Shown here piece after piece: positions 22,928-36,967 of a DNA stretch of 64,000 nucleotides. This stretch comes from Halocafeteria seosinensis (taxonomy: Eukaryota). A model generated the notes under the pieces. That model worked only from the letters and a program-made list of their open reading frames with translations. It did no database searches and was not told the DNA's origin. The position numbers and the translations under genes are program-made. The first letter of the stretch is position 1. Each line of letters begins with the position of its first letter. Location: NCBI GenBank assembly GCA_001687465.1, contig LVLI01000231.1, positions 1-64,000 of the forward strand. Direction: 5' to 3'.

Positions 22928-25520
22928 TTACATATTGCCCGTGACTTCATCCATTTCGGCTGTATACACGTCATTGTCCACTGCATACTTCTCATCGTAC
23001 GAATAGTAATCTTGCTGGAACTCCCATGTTACATAGTTTCTTTTCTCCTTCTCATCCCTCTTGACACTTAAGGGAGCATATGCTCCAGAATCCACTTCTT
23101 TTGCATAGTCAGTAGGAACTGTTTGGCAGAGGGTCATATCCTCAGGATGCTTTTCAAAGATGTCAATGGGTATTTCCAAACAATCTTTGCGAGGCGGGAG
23201 GCGCCATCGGATGCAAGGAATAAACATATTTCTTTCTGCGAGCAACACCGCCTCCGCCTTTAATTTGTACTGGAGTCCACGCTCCATGGCAAGGGCACTT
23301 ATGGCATGGTCTACCTTGTGAATCATTTTTGGGTCTGGAAGCAATACCGTTGATGTCCATCCATCCAATATTGACCTGGGAGCGTCCAACATCTCTGTTT
23401 CTTCCGGGAGTTCTTTGTCTGGAGAGGGAAATTCCAAAGGAACATCTGGAGTTGTTGTTTCTGGGGCAACCGATTTAGAACTTCTCCTGCGCAACTGTTC
23501 CAAAGCCTCCTTCTTTTGCACATCAGCTCGTTGAGCGTTGTACTTTTGTTGATACTCCACGAGCTTCCTTCTTCGCGTTTGCTCTCGTTGTGCCCGCTCT
23601 GAATCCGTTTCAGTTTCACGACGAGGTATTCCGTACTTGGTGCAACTGAATGCAGTCGCTACGTCAATCTCCTGTGCTCGAGAAACACAACCACAATAAG
23701 GTGGAAGCAGCTCAAGATGGATAATACTACCATCGCGAGGCGAAATAGCAGAGGATCGATCACTACAAAACACAAGGCTACGTACGTCAACCGGTATTCG
23801 CATGTCTTTCAAGATGCCTTTGGCAGGTTCCATGTCCAGAAAGCAAGTATCCCTGGTCATTTGCTTCATATAGTTCCGCCCGTGGTACAAGAATGGCTGT
23901 GGCCTCCATAGTGTTCGTCTCCAGTGAATAATTTGCTCAACTGTCTGAACTGTCAGTTTAACGATGGTGAGCAGGAGGGTCCTCGTTTCTATTTGCTGTA
24001 GGTTTAGAAATCGATTGGGAAGAGAGAGACTAAGGGCAGTTTCTTGGGATAACTGTTACATACCATATTTCCCTTTTGATCCTCCCACTCTACGTCAAAC
24101 CCCAGAAGAGGCGTTTTTCGTAGGCTCAACTCTTCTCTTCTCCGTGTCTTCGCTTGCTCATACCTCTGCGTCAACGCATCTGCAATACCGTCCAAAGCAA
24201 GTGGACACCAAACAAAATCCCACATACCATTAATAGCCGTTTGAGTGAATATATGGCTTTATTTCTGTGGTCAATTAGCCAATTTATGAGATCTCGAGAT
24301 CTGCGTAAGGCAGTTTTAAGCTGGTAAATGCTTGCGGTCTTTGTGGGGGAGATAGTTAGGGCTTCTTACGCTAAGTGTACTGTCAGTAATTGGATATGCA
24401 TCGCAACAGCAACCGCTTTACTAATTGTGAAACCTCCAGTACAATGGCTTGTGTAAAATAGTGTTCGGTCTCTGCATAATACGATGTTGAATGGATCGGA
24501 CCAAACAGTCAAATTGATGTATTCCGCTTACCTATTATCTATCCGTGCTTCGTCCCATAGAGTGTGCAAAAGCTCCTTCGCCCGGAGAAACCAACGTAGG
24601 CATCTATCTTTTGGTAATTGGCGAAATTTATGTACGAAGGCAGCGACAGCGGGTCCACTAAAGAAGGAGTTTTTCGTGCTCGGATGTGCAGTTACCCCTC
24701 TAAATCGTATGTGTTGCTTCTTCTCGAAAGACTGCTTTTCTTGCCCTTGGGAATCAGGCCTGGAACTATTTCGTGAGAATATGGGGCTACCTCCTGACTG
24801 CGCAGTTTCAGGTCTTTCTACTTGGCGGGGATAGTTGTCGCCCAATGCTACCGATTTGGCATCCGGCTTCGTGGAATCAGCTGCATCGCCTACTCCTGAC
24901 ATTTTCAAAGAACGAACAAAAGGCTCTGTATCTTCATCAGAATTGGAGCCCTCTTCTTCTTTGAGAATTTCCCACCATGAACCCCCGCCCTTGTACTCTC
25001 TAGTAGCAGTACCAGTCTCTCTGTCACTCTTAGCAACGGATGCTTCCTCAACAATTTCTCCTTCTGAAGCATGATCCTCAGAGTCATACTCGAAAGGATG
25101 ATGAGGCCGAGAAGCTGATGCTGCGACTATTTCTGCATCACGATGGATCTCTTCTTGCTCAACGAAGTCAAATTCCGTGTCAAATTGTTCAAATTCTCCA
25201 CTAGCTTCGTCGTCTTCTGGCTCAGTCTGGGATTGGGTGCTCTGAGTATTGCCATACCCATCCCAAGTGTTGCTTCTCTCTTCAATTTCTTGCGTCGGTC
25301 CTTTCGGATACACTCGTTTTCGTCGTGGGTCCACACGTACGGAGCCGAATAATGGAGTTAAGGTTTCTGCATTCACAGGTTGCCATGGTTGTGTTTCTGT
25401 ATGACCATCAGAGACATCCGAATCTTCTGAGGACGATTGATACTCCTCATCAATGTTGGGACCATGTGCTCCCGGCCCTCTTAAGACTTCTTTGCGATAT
25501 TCACTTTGTGATTCACTCAT
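22928..25520 (-). CDS. Hypothetical protein, 5 exons, acidic disordered N-terminus
   Basis: ORF 24528-25559 splices via three small exons (DRTLFYTSHC...; SRDLINWLIDHR...; RYEQAKTRR...) into the last exon with WRRTLWRPQPFLYHGRNYMKQMTRD. Every junction is GT-AG and in frame. Confidence 0.7.
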
Positions 25521-25938
25521 GTCGGCACGGTGTTTCCGGTGTTGTGGTACGTCTTGCAACAGTTGTATGTCCCGTACGCTATTGGAGTTTTATGATGACT
25601 TTGCAATGGAGATTGGCAACCAACCAGAAAATGTAATTAACTGGGTTCGCGTTTGCATTTGCAAACGCGTGGGCAGGTTGTCTGTTTTTGAACTTATGTT
25701 GGCGACCCAATCGACGACGGCCTGCGGAAAAAACGCGCGCAGGTTCACAACATGCCGCGTATACACCAACCATACAACAGGACAGTCTGAGTTTCTGCGA
25801 GCATTGATCCATCAGTTTATATGGTCTCCGACCGGTGCGCGCTCTCAGCTGTCAACGAGGAGACGAAGAAACACACAGGAGTGTGTGGTGCGAGTCTTAC
25901 ACGGGCGTTAAGATTGCGCCGGGAGCTTTACGGGCGCC

Positions 25939-28900
25939 ATGTCGAGGTACAACAGCCGCAGCAAAGCTAGCACTTCCAGCAGAGTGGGGAGAAGTGGAGA
26001 GTCCCCAGGACTAGGACTTTCTGGACCTAGTAAGGCATTGGATGATCAGGATAATGCTATAAATGCTTTGAAACAACAGCTTGAGCAAGAACGGGAACGT
26101 CTTCGCGATTTATCCAGTTCCTATAGTTTCTCAAACCTTTCCAACTACACTAACAGGGCGGATAACCAGTTAAGCAGCTCGAAACGAGGAGAAAAATCCT
26201 ACCAATCGACCGGAAACCTCCGAGGGCAATCTCCTTCGAAGCAAGAAAGCCAAGGAACTGGACGGTCCCCCTTTAAGGATAGTTTGGTTCAGTCTAAGAG
26301 GCGTCCAGACTCTCCTACAGAACCAACGCCAAGTGCTGGAGCAAACCATCGGAGTCGTTATACTGGCAGCGAAGATAAAGCGAGTTCTCAAGATCGCTAC
26401 GATGATGCAGATACCCCTTTGACCGCGTCCGCTTTGGACAATAGGAGAACCCAACCGTCGTCTTCCGATGCAGAATCAAGTAACTACCGCAAGGCAGTGT
26501 CCTTCAGGACTTCTCCGAACTACGGTGACACCTGGAGGAGGAGTAATTCCCCTTCCAAAGCTGCAGGAAGAGAGACTTATAGTGTTAATCAACTTCAGCA
26601 ACATCGAAACTCTCCTACCGGCAGAGGCGAAGCAGAAGCCCAAGGCTCTGTTACTCCAAGATCTTCCATTGTCAGGAATACGGTGGATTCGTTGCGGGCG
26701 GAAAATCAGCAGCTTTCAAGCTTAGTTGAACAAACCCAAGGTGCACTAGACGAAGAGCGCAAGAGGAGAGAAGAGTTATATCATAAATACAAACAGGAAC
26801 TGGAGACTAAGGAAGAATGCCAGTCTGAAATCACTCGTCTAAAGAGGAGATTGGAGCGGGAAGAAGAAGAAAATGAGCGACTCCGAAATGACAAGGGGAG
26901 TACCGAGAGTCAGCTCTATACAACAAGCGAGAAACTAGCCAATGTTGAGTCGGAAAAGAACGAACTAGAGTCAAAACTAAAGGAAACCCGAGAATCGTTG
27001 GAATCTACCAACGCCGAAAAGCATCGCTATAGTGAAAAAGCAGCCGGTTTAGAGGAGCAATGCAACAATCTAGATGAAGAACTGAAAAAAGCGCGATCGG
27101 AATACCAGGACTTATACTCAAAGCTGACTGTTACCGAAAAGAACAAATCCACCCTCGTTGCTCAACAAGAGCGCGACGATAGCGAAAGGTCTCGGTTGAT
27201 GAGAAGCATTGCGTTAGCCCTTCAGGACGTTTTCAAGTGTTTGGATGATGGACAAGATCAACAAGGTGCTGAGGAAAGCGAGGTTGATAACAAGGCACTG
27301 AATGCTTCGCTCTTTTTCCAAAGTGATTGGTCTTCATTGCTATCACCAGAAAAGCTTAGCGAGTTGTTTAACGTTGTCCAAGTATTGCAAAGGAAAACAG
27401 TCCAATTGGTATCGAATGCCGATAGCAACCGTAAGAGGTCTGAAAAGCGAGCTCAAGAATTGGAAAACTCTTGGAAAAGAATTGAGCAACTTTCTTCTCA
27501 TTTGTATTCGCTGCAAGATGCTAACCAGGAAATTAGGGAAGAACTCAAACAAGCTCAGGAGAAGTGGACGACTCAGCGCCAGCGTTTGATTCAGGAGGCT
27601 GATAACAGGAGCGATCAACATTTAAAGCAGAAGCAACGCGAAATCGATAGCATCAAGGAGGAGCTCAATCAAGCAAAGGAGGATCTAAGACAAGCTGAAT
27701 TGAAAAATGAAGAGCTCAACACCTCTATTGAGAGAAAGGAGGAACAAATAAAAGAGCTTCAACATCAAGTCAATTCGCAATCATCCGCATACACCACTGT
27801 TGAAAAAGAACGACAGCAATACCGTGATCAATACTCCCGAGAGCAGGAAGATAGAAAAGCTGCGAGAGCGGAACTGGAGGAAGTAATGAAGGCGAAAGAA
27901 AGTCTTGAAATGGAACGAGACCAAGCGAAGAAGAAGGTTGATACGCTTCAGCGCAATAATGAAGAACTTCAAGGCCGTGTAGACAACCTGGAACGCGAGT
28001 TGAGGTTGAGAACGGGCAAATTGCAAGAGTTGGAAGCTGCGAAGTCACAGACAGAGGTGGAGTATTCACAATGGAAGCGGAGAGTGGAGAGTCTGGAGTC
28101 TCAGCTGAAAGATCAAGAGAGAGGATCGCAATCAGAGAAAGCAAACGTCTTACATATGAAGGAAAAAATCAAAAAGCTGGAAGACGAAATTGAATCGCAA
28201 CGGTGAGTAATAGATATTTTTCTCCTTTTGAGTTATTGATGATCCCTTATAGCGCTTTTTTTTTTGTTTTTTTTTCGCAGGCCGATGATCCGCGAGCTTC
28301 GACACAAACGGGAGGAATGCTCTAATCTATCCAATGAGATAGAGTCTCTGAAGAATGAGAATGATCGCTTAGAAAGGAAACTTAAAGTGGCGCAATCTGA
28401 GTATGAAGAAATCTTGGTAAGCAAATATGCGAGAACTTTGTAGGGTCCCACTCAATCATTCATGTATTCTTCGCCAAATCCTACGCTATTGACAGGCACA
28501 ATTCAATTCCGAGAAGGAACAAATGGCGCATAAAGAGCAATTATGGGATCGAAAGCTCCGTGAGGTGCAGGCCGAAGAAGAACGACAGAAACGTAGACTC
28601 GAGCACCAAATCAGCATGGTAAAACACGAACAACAGGGTAACTTGGAGAAGATTCGAGTAAGTGGTACCGATTGCGTTCGAAATTTCTCTATAAAGTGTG
28701 AACGAACAGTACTTACTACCGCAGTCGCTCCAATCTGAAAAGGACATGAGCAACCGCCAACTTGAAGACACAAAGGAAGAACTTGCTGCTAGCAAATACA
28801 CTATAGAAGCGCTTAAAAGAGAGCTAAATGGGGCTCATAATATGGCTGCTCGTTTAGGAAGCTCCTCATCTCGGCTTCAACTTGATGACTCCCATAGAAA

Positions 28901-29441
28901 TTTTAGACAGAGCACAGTCGTGAACAAACATACTACGATGTACGACAGCCCTGTGCATCACGGTCCTGCAGCTACTTCATATTATCGAGCCTCGTCCAAG
29001 TCCCCAAACGGAACATCGCACCAGGATTCAATACCTCAACCACATTGGCAACATGACACTACCTCCAAGTCTCAAGGTGATTCGCGGGTTGCTGCGGTGT
29101 CGCCAACATCCGCACACGGGACTCGCACAAGAGGCGACGAAGGGTTTCCGGATGAAGGAGAGAACCACGAAGAGGAAGGAGAGGTAGTTCAAGTTGATGA
29201 CGATGTGTTCGTGCACAGTCCCTCGCAACAGCAGCCAGCTTCATTTTCTTCGCATGGTAGAAGCTCTGCCTCAAGTAGTCATCAATACCATCAGTATCAG
29301 CAACAGCCTTCTGGAAGAAGCTTCACGTTGCAGAAAGAAGGCGAGTATACGCCCGCCGAGCATCAAGGACCAGTATCGCTGCAAGATATTGCAGCCCATG
29401 GGCTTGGTGGTTTAGCCTCTCCTTATGAGCCACCAGCATAG
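25939..29441 (+). CDS. Large coiled-coil protein with Ser-rich disordered termini, 4 exons
   Basis: 755-aa ORF continued by introns at about 28203-28280, 28417-28495 and 28658-28724; heptad-like E/K/Q/L composition. Confidence 0.75.
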
Positions 29442-29495
29442 ACTACATACAATCTGGTAATAGTTGGTATTAGAACTTCGGCGAAGAGGTACTGC

Positions 29496-30131
29496 TTAGC
29501 TCGTAGTGTTGCTACCTTCCCGGCCACCACTGTGGTGGTAGTGGTGATGATAATGATGGAAGTAGTGGTGGTGATAATGTATAAACACTTGTCCCTTAGC
29601 GGGATGACCTTTTGAAGTACAATCAGGCGTAGTTGTAGAAGTAGCAGCAGCCGCGGCCTCCTCCGCCGCTCGGTATCGATTGCCAGAGGACGATGAGAAG
29701 TCTGGGTTCCCCTGGGAGGCTTCCCCGCCCGGCTGCTGTATGGACGCATGACCAATATTGGGATCATCTGCCGCCGTCATTCTGTGGGTTGAGGGGTTGT
29801 CGGTATCTGCCTGAATAGCAGTCTGCTGCTGGAGTAGTCTATCCTGCCAGGAAGTATTCTGCTGCTGCTGAGAGGACTGCTGTTGTCCAAGATCAATGTC
29901 TTGTGGGGGTTTACCCATTAGTAGAGACTCTAGTTCCTCGTTGAACAGTCCCATCTCCTCTTCGTAAAAGGCACTTTTATCGGAACTTGTGGTGGCATTA
30001 TTAGGGTCCGTACTTGCTCCATTGAAACTTCCAGTGACGCTGCCATTGGAGCTGGTGCTGAAGAGACGCATGAAGGAGGAGGACGGTATTCTACGTCGTG
30101 TGATGATACCACCACGAAGCAAACGTAGCAT
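29496..30131 (-). CDS. Hypothetical protein with mitochondrial-type presequence and His/Tyr-rich C-terminus
   Basis: MLRLLRGGIITRRRIPSSSFMRLFST presequence, Q-rich middle, IHYHHHYFHHYHHHYHH near the end. Confidence 0.65.
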   Translation of the reverse strand: MLRLLRGGIITRRRIPSSSFMRLFSTSSNGSVTGSFNGASTDPNNATTSSDKSAFYEEEMGLFNEELESLLMGKPPQDIDLGQQQSSQQQQNTSWQDRLLQQQTAIQADTDNPSTHRMTAADDPNIGHASIQQPGGEASQGNPDFSSSSGNRYRAAEEAAAAATSTTTPDCTSKGHPAKGQVFIHYHHHYFHHYHHHYHHSGGREGSNTTS

Positions 30132-30193
30132 GGTAGCTACTTGTGAGAGTAGGATATGTGCTGTGTACAGGAAAACTAGCAAGTGCGATTCTA

Positions 30194-33100
30194 TCAAACA
30201 ATCCATGACAGAGAAGTATATGAAACTATCGGCCCCACGACCAGGAACAGGTAGGGGAGTCCTGGTGAGCCCGTGGCCAGATGATACTGCAGAAGGTCTT
30301 CCACAAAGATTGCTAACTCAACACCCAAGGATGAAAGTGATTCTATGAAGACATCCCAATTGTAATTTCCTTGTACAATGAGGGAAACAACTGAATTTGA
30401 ATGGGATTCCGCTAGGACGGCCTCCAGGATGGAAGTCTTGTAGCCTGTCACCATATGAAGAAGTTCTTGGACCAAACCAGGATAGCATGTCGATAAGAAC
30501 TGAAGAACAATAAGTACTCCTAGCCAGGTAGAAATGATACACAGACCAATATCCGCGAGGGTGCCCAAGATTCCCCTGCTGTCGGTCCGGAGCGCCCTCC
30601 CAAAAATGCACAATGCAAGGGGTATTAGATAGAGGCCATTGAAGACGACGAGCGTATAATTGCTCAGGAGAAGTGAGGAATGGCAAAGAAACACAGTAAA
30701 CAATGCAGCAAAGGATAAACCTAGCTTTAGATTCCTCCTCTCTCTGCCAATGTAGGCCTTTTCTCCGAATCTTCTTTTCTGTTCCATGTCTAGTAGACAC
30801 CGAGCTTGTTCTTCCGGATGCATAGATTCCCACTTCTCCGCCGACGTCCGTATCTTCATTGCTAATTTATCACTAGGCTTTGGCTTTTCTGATGCAGGGG
30901 ACGTGCTTTTATGGGTACTATAGGTCTTGATGCTACCACAAAGTTCTGATAATGTCTCAGTGTCAAACCGATGCCACACGCTTCCCACGCATTTGGATAC
31001 CACCCTCAGAGTAGCCGCGAGAACGAACGTCAGAAAGAAATGGCCAAGTGACAATCGCTGGAGTAGGGTGGTCGTGGTTTCGAATGCTTCCTCAACACTT
31101 AGTGTACCGCTTGAGCTTCTGCTAACCAAAGCATAGGTGATAGCATGGGCTACGGACACCACAGTAAACCACACGGTAGAATATAAAACCACTGACATGC
31201 TCTGTAAGGACAACATCATTGCCAGTACTAATGGAGCGTGTAGCAAAATACTCTGGAGACGTAGTTCCTTATCCGGCACAAATTCAGTAGACGAAACCAA
31301 CAGATGCTGCCGACTCGCGGCATGTAGCCGCTCTTCCAGAACGTTTACTTTACGGATCCAATCCTCGATTTTCAGCATTAGAGAAAGGTGTACTCTTTTG
31401 TTATTCAGGCTGCCTTCCTGGGGGGTGTAAAGTCCTGTTTCATTGCGGAGCTGGCTTTGAAATATAGAAATACCAACACTATCAACGTTTTGTTGAGTTA
31501 GTCGTCCACCAGGGTTCTCCGGCCCCACAAGGAAACCACCAATACTTTGAACGTACGATTCCGCCCAAACCAGAAGGCTATACAGTCTAAAGTACCAGGT
31601 CCCGTAACCTTGGAGATAAACACTGATCAGTTGCGCTATTAAAGACTCTTGATCTTCTCCAAATCGACTCTTGCAAGAGGACTTCATTTCGTTACTCAAA
31701 TAAAGAGCCTGTTCAACGGCTTCCTTGATATGCACTTTTACCTGTGGGGCGTAACTCCTTAGTACAGGATACAAGCGTGGAGATTGAGGAGGAGAGATTT
31801 GTGTAGTCTCCTGGGGAATATCCGCAGCGGTGTAGCAGTAAAGTGCTCTGCCTTTTTCGGCGGTGCGCCTTCCTGCCGTAGGAGAGCCTTCAAGCATGGA
31901 ACTTCCCGGACCTAGCGAAACGAGTCGATGAAACATGGACGATAAAAGTTTCATGGGGTGCAAGGAATTAACGTGCAGAGAAACTAAAAAATTGAACACT
32001 CCTAGACGAAATCTCGGCAAAACGAATGGTGTAGAAGTTCCATCAACAGTTGGGGCAATCCGAGTCGTCGTTGACACCAGACTATTCTGGAACACCTGTA
32101 GTGTGGTCATATACAGATCCATTTCCGTAATCCTACCGTTAACTCCCTGCAAAATTCGAAGAAACAACAACACATACTACTTAAGAACACCCGAAGCGGT
32201 GCGCTTAATTCAATAATGCATACTTGTGTATGGACCTTGTAAACGTCCCAGGGGTAACCTCCTTGTTTGGTTATGTCCAAGGCTGCCGTTATAGGGCCAA
32301 CTGGGGCAGAGTCGAGCGGGTTCCTTTTGTCAAGCTCTCGAACTCGGTAGCCACTCACCGGTGAACGTAGATCGCTGTAGAATATGTCCACGTCTCTGCT
32401 TAAGTAACTATCAAGGTCTCGGTTGTGTCCACAGGAGTCATTATTGCCTCTGGTACGGACTGTAGCCAGGGAATCCTTAATGCCATCATAAGGGTCGCCA
32501 CCTAAGAAGGCAAACACTACATCTTTCCCCAGCCAAGTTGCTGCTTTCTGAAAATATCGTATCTCCTCGAGCATTAAAAAAGGTGAAGCTGGATAAGCTA
32601 CGCAGACGTGACTAGTATTGATTGGCATTCCTTTGTTGTCGTGTAAGCACAAGGAGTCCGTCTCAAATAGCTCGACAAACCTAGTGGTAACGAGTAGCGT
32701 CTCGTCAGACCGTCCCCTCCCTGTGGCACGGACAATGGCCCAAATATTGTACCGAATTTTATTTTTCTCTATTTCAGTCCCCCCTGACAAAAGTGGAATT
32801 TCATATGACGCATTATATCTTTCAACACCTGGAATTTCTCCCAATTTCTCGTACAGCCATGAGGCGGCCCGATGGGTTCGGGATTCGGCGCCCGGCTGCT
32901 CTCTACCCAGCGAGTCGGAGTAGTATTCTTGAGCCAATAGTGAAGAACGATTCACAAATGTCTCATCCAAGAGGCTCATGGCAGTCCGTGAAGAAAATGC
33001 AGTTTCTTCTCGTTTCACAGCTTGTGGCGCATGATCGTCTTCCAAAACCAAGAAGACAGGTAACGCAAAGAACCATACTGCCGCCACAGCATATAGCAGA

Positions 33101-33244
33101 AACCTGAGGGGACCATTTTAATGCGAGTTAGCAACAAGCTAGTCTAATGAATGACTGGCAGAGGGGCCACGCTACGTACAATACCGCTACAATAAGTCTT
33201 CGATGCTTGCGGCCCACTTTCTCCACGGTATTGGTGGGTTCCAT
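30194..33244 (-). CDS. GAA1: GPI transamidase subunit GAA1/GPAA1 (alternative start 33424)
   Basis: N-terminal TM segment, NIWAIVRATGRGRSDE, WLGKDVVF, GPITAALD, Q|GVNGRITEMDL, multiple C-terminal TM helices; 2 introns. Confidence 0.75.
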
Positions 33245-33656
33245 GAGGTTGCAATCTTCACATTCATAGCTCGGTTCCGTGCTTTTGCTACCCTCTTCCG
33301 TGTGTACAGATAAAGAGGCTCCTATGTAATTCCCATGGAGGGGTGCAGTGTTGGAGATCTTGTGATCTTCGGGTCTCGGAGGACGAGCACACTTCAGTCG
33401 GGAGACATTCAGTGTCGACGACATCTCCGACCACCTATTACTATACTAATCTAAATTGAAAGAGATGCACCATCGTATACGACTACACAATTCCTTGCCA
33501 GAGTGCATGAATGGCTGTCAGCTCGCCAAAATCGGCAACTTCACAACAAAACCAGAAAGCTTCCAGACTGAAGGATTAGTACAACTGGGGATACAATACG
33601 AATGACAGGTTCGTGCCAATGCAGAAGAGATGCTTTAATTTATTGTTATTATGTCA

Positions 33657-35634
33657 TTATCGCTTCTGCTTCTTCAAGCGTTCTTCGATGCTGGGCTCCT
33701 GCTTCCTGGTCTCCAAGGGATGATACTTGTCTCGAGAACGATATCCCAGTATGTGTTCCAAATGCTCGTCGGGTGCATCCCGAATACCTACTACGTGTTG
33801 TAATTGTTCACATACTTTGGCATTGGAGGATGCTACAGCTGAACATATCAGTTCTCCCCAACTCCAATAGTTTCTAACATTGGGATCTATACATGGGAGG
33901 CATTCAGCTGAATCTTGAGGAACTTCCCTTGGAGTATCAGTACTTGGGCGAGTGTCAGGAAACACGAGAGTACCGGTATCTGCTAGAAGCTTGCTCGACC
34001 TACGGCGGTATCTTTCTTCGAGGAAGGATGCATATGAAGCTGTACCTGGCAAGAATTTCCGTGGTACATGTAAGGAAGGAATACGGTTGTCAACAGCGCC
34101 GACGGGACATAAGTCCCGTGATGTCTCCGTATCATCAATTGTGGTACTCGATGCGCTTTCGTAGTTGCACACGAGCTTCTCAATAGAATCAGCTTGAATC
34201 CATTTAGGCTTGCAAACAACATGCTCACCATTATCACTATCCTTCCGCAGAGGCACTGGCCTGTTGTATAGAGATTGGAGCATATCGGATATCATGGACA
34301 TGCGAATCGCTGAATCAGCCCACAGCTTTTCTAACGACTGGGTCAGACGCTGCAGCGACTTCGATGGGCACCAGAGCGGAAGACTGTGAAAATGACAATA
34401 ATATAGCAGCAACGGACGCTCGGAAGCCAGATGATAACTTGGTTTCCCGGGGAATTCTAAGGGGTTCAAAAGGCGATCAACAATTCTGGGACTCTCGAGA
34501 TGCTTTGCGACAAGGAAGAGTACCGCTACCATGCATCTTACTTGGTGCCAGAGAAACGCGCAACCCACTACTTCGACGAAATAAACTTGGTGTCTAGTTT
34601 GCAAGTACGACAAATGATCGAAGCTCTTGAGCTCGTCCGTCACCGAACTGGATGCCCTAGCGATAGAATTCAATGGATGAATATCACAGGATATAAGTTT
34701 TCTCGAAAAAGATTTAACATTTGCGACGTCCGGCTTACAAAAATTCCGGAAGTCATGCGTCCCCTCTAATTTTTTGGCAGCAGTTCTCATTTGCTCAATA
34801 TCCAGTCCTCGTTTCACGAAATAGTACCGATACACTCGGTAAGATGCGCTATGCCGCGCCGAGAATTGAGTTCCAGCGTCACACCATCCGCCGACTCGAA
34901 TGTCTTCGGGCAATATTTTGTTCAGCATGCCAACGTAGTCAAGTTCTGATTCAGGAGAAGGGAAATCCTCACCCGCAGCTAATGGATCCGCACGGCCGTC
35001 TTCGCGCACAGTTGTAGCTTTCGCTTTCGACCTGAGGCGAAGTGACAGTATCTGCCAATTGGCTGAGACTCCACGGTCTGTGCGTCCACATCGTTGGTAC
35101 TTAGCATCGTCGCGAGAGTCATTGGGTAACAGCTTTGTCGTATGCAATGCTTTAAATAAATGCGATTCTACACTCTTCATGCAAGAGCTTGAGTCCTCTT
35201 GTCCACTCCCGTATTGCTCCGTTTGCGCTGCTAGTCCGATGTACTTCTCCCCCAAGTACATGACCTGGAGCGCTACGTGTCTATATCTGTACCGCGAGTA
35301 GTCGAACTCTCTCCCGCGTTTTTTGGAATTTTTCTGTGCGCTCTTCATATCTTCGTCTGTATCATCCTTGGTCTCTCGTTCGCATAAGCCATCCAAAACT
35401 TCTCTGAGCTTGTCTGAAATCATCAAATAGCACCCATCCACCTCGGAAACTGTAGTTACATAGAACGACCTACGTACCAGCATCCATAGAGTTCGCCAGC
35501 CTCTTGCACAGAAGTGCAAGCTTCTTTCTACTAGAATTATCTATCAAACGGTCTGCTCGGGCATGTTGATTGGTCTCGGTAGTGCTGGTAGAACTGTGAA
35601 CGCCATTGGTTCCTTCGCGATTTGCCGTAGACAT
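33657..35634 (-). CDS. PUS3: tRNA pseudouridine(38/39) synthase, TruA family
   Basis: RHVALQVMYLG, RCGRTDRGVSA (catalytic Asp), GTHDFRNFCK, AFLWHQVRCM; one intron near the 5' end. Confidence 0.9.
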
Positions 35635-36310
35635 GGTAAAGCTTCTACGCGTTTTGGCGTGGTAGGAAAGAATAAGGAGGGTAGCTAAATCCTGCTCAAC
35701 GAGGGGTGTCAACCTTCCATCATTCCGTACGGTTGTACTACTAGCACCATGTGTTAAGTGTCTGCTGCTCAGGAATACCGAAGCCACTTGTGAAGTTAAG
35801 TGCTGCCGGTGCCTACGGAATCACTGTACCTGTAAGTCAATACCGCAGTTAAAATTATTATCATCACTCAACAAGTCGAGTTGCAATTTTCTCTCCATAC
35901 TTGAAGAGTGAGAATCATTTTGACAACACGACGAGGAACGGGGTGGGAAGCAGGAATCGCTTGCAATGGATCGAAACAAGTGCCGTATAATACGTAGTCT
36001 GTTACGTACACATGTTTCGTTTTTCTTTGTCAACCCAGGAAATGCAGGCTGCACAACAGTTATACGAACAGCATGCCAAAAACTTAGAGCCACGCTCGTT
36101 TACCGGCCACCGTACCTTCATGAAATTGATGCCTTCACGAAGTCACCGAGAACATATCCTTTGAAAGGAATTCATCAACTGCAATCATTTCCGTCTTGTT
36201 TATAGCAAAGTAAAGTGGTACTTGTACTTCCTAGCAGTTAGTGTATTTCTAAATGTGCGGCGAGACTACACGAAAATAAAGCGGTGGTCTTCATCCTTGG
36301 GTGCGAAAAT

Positions 36311-36967
<657 letters not shown>

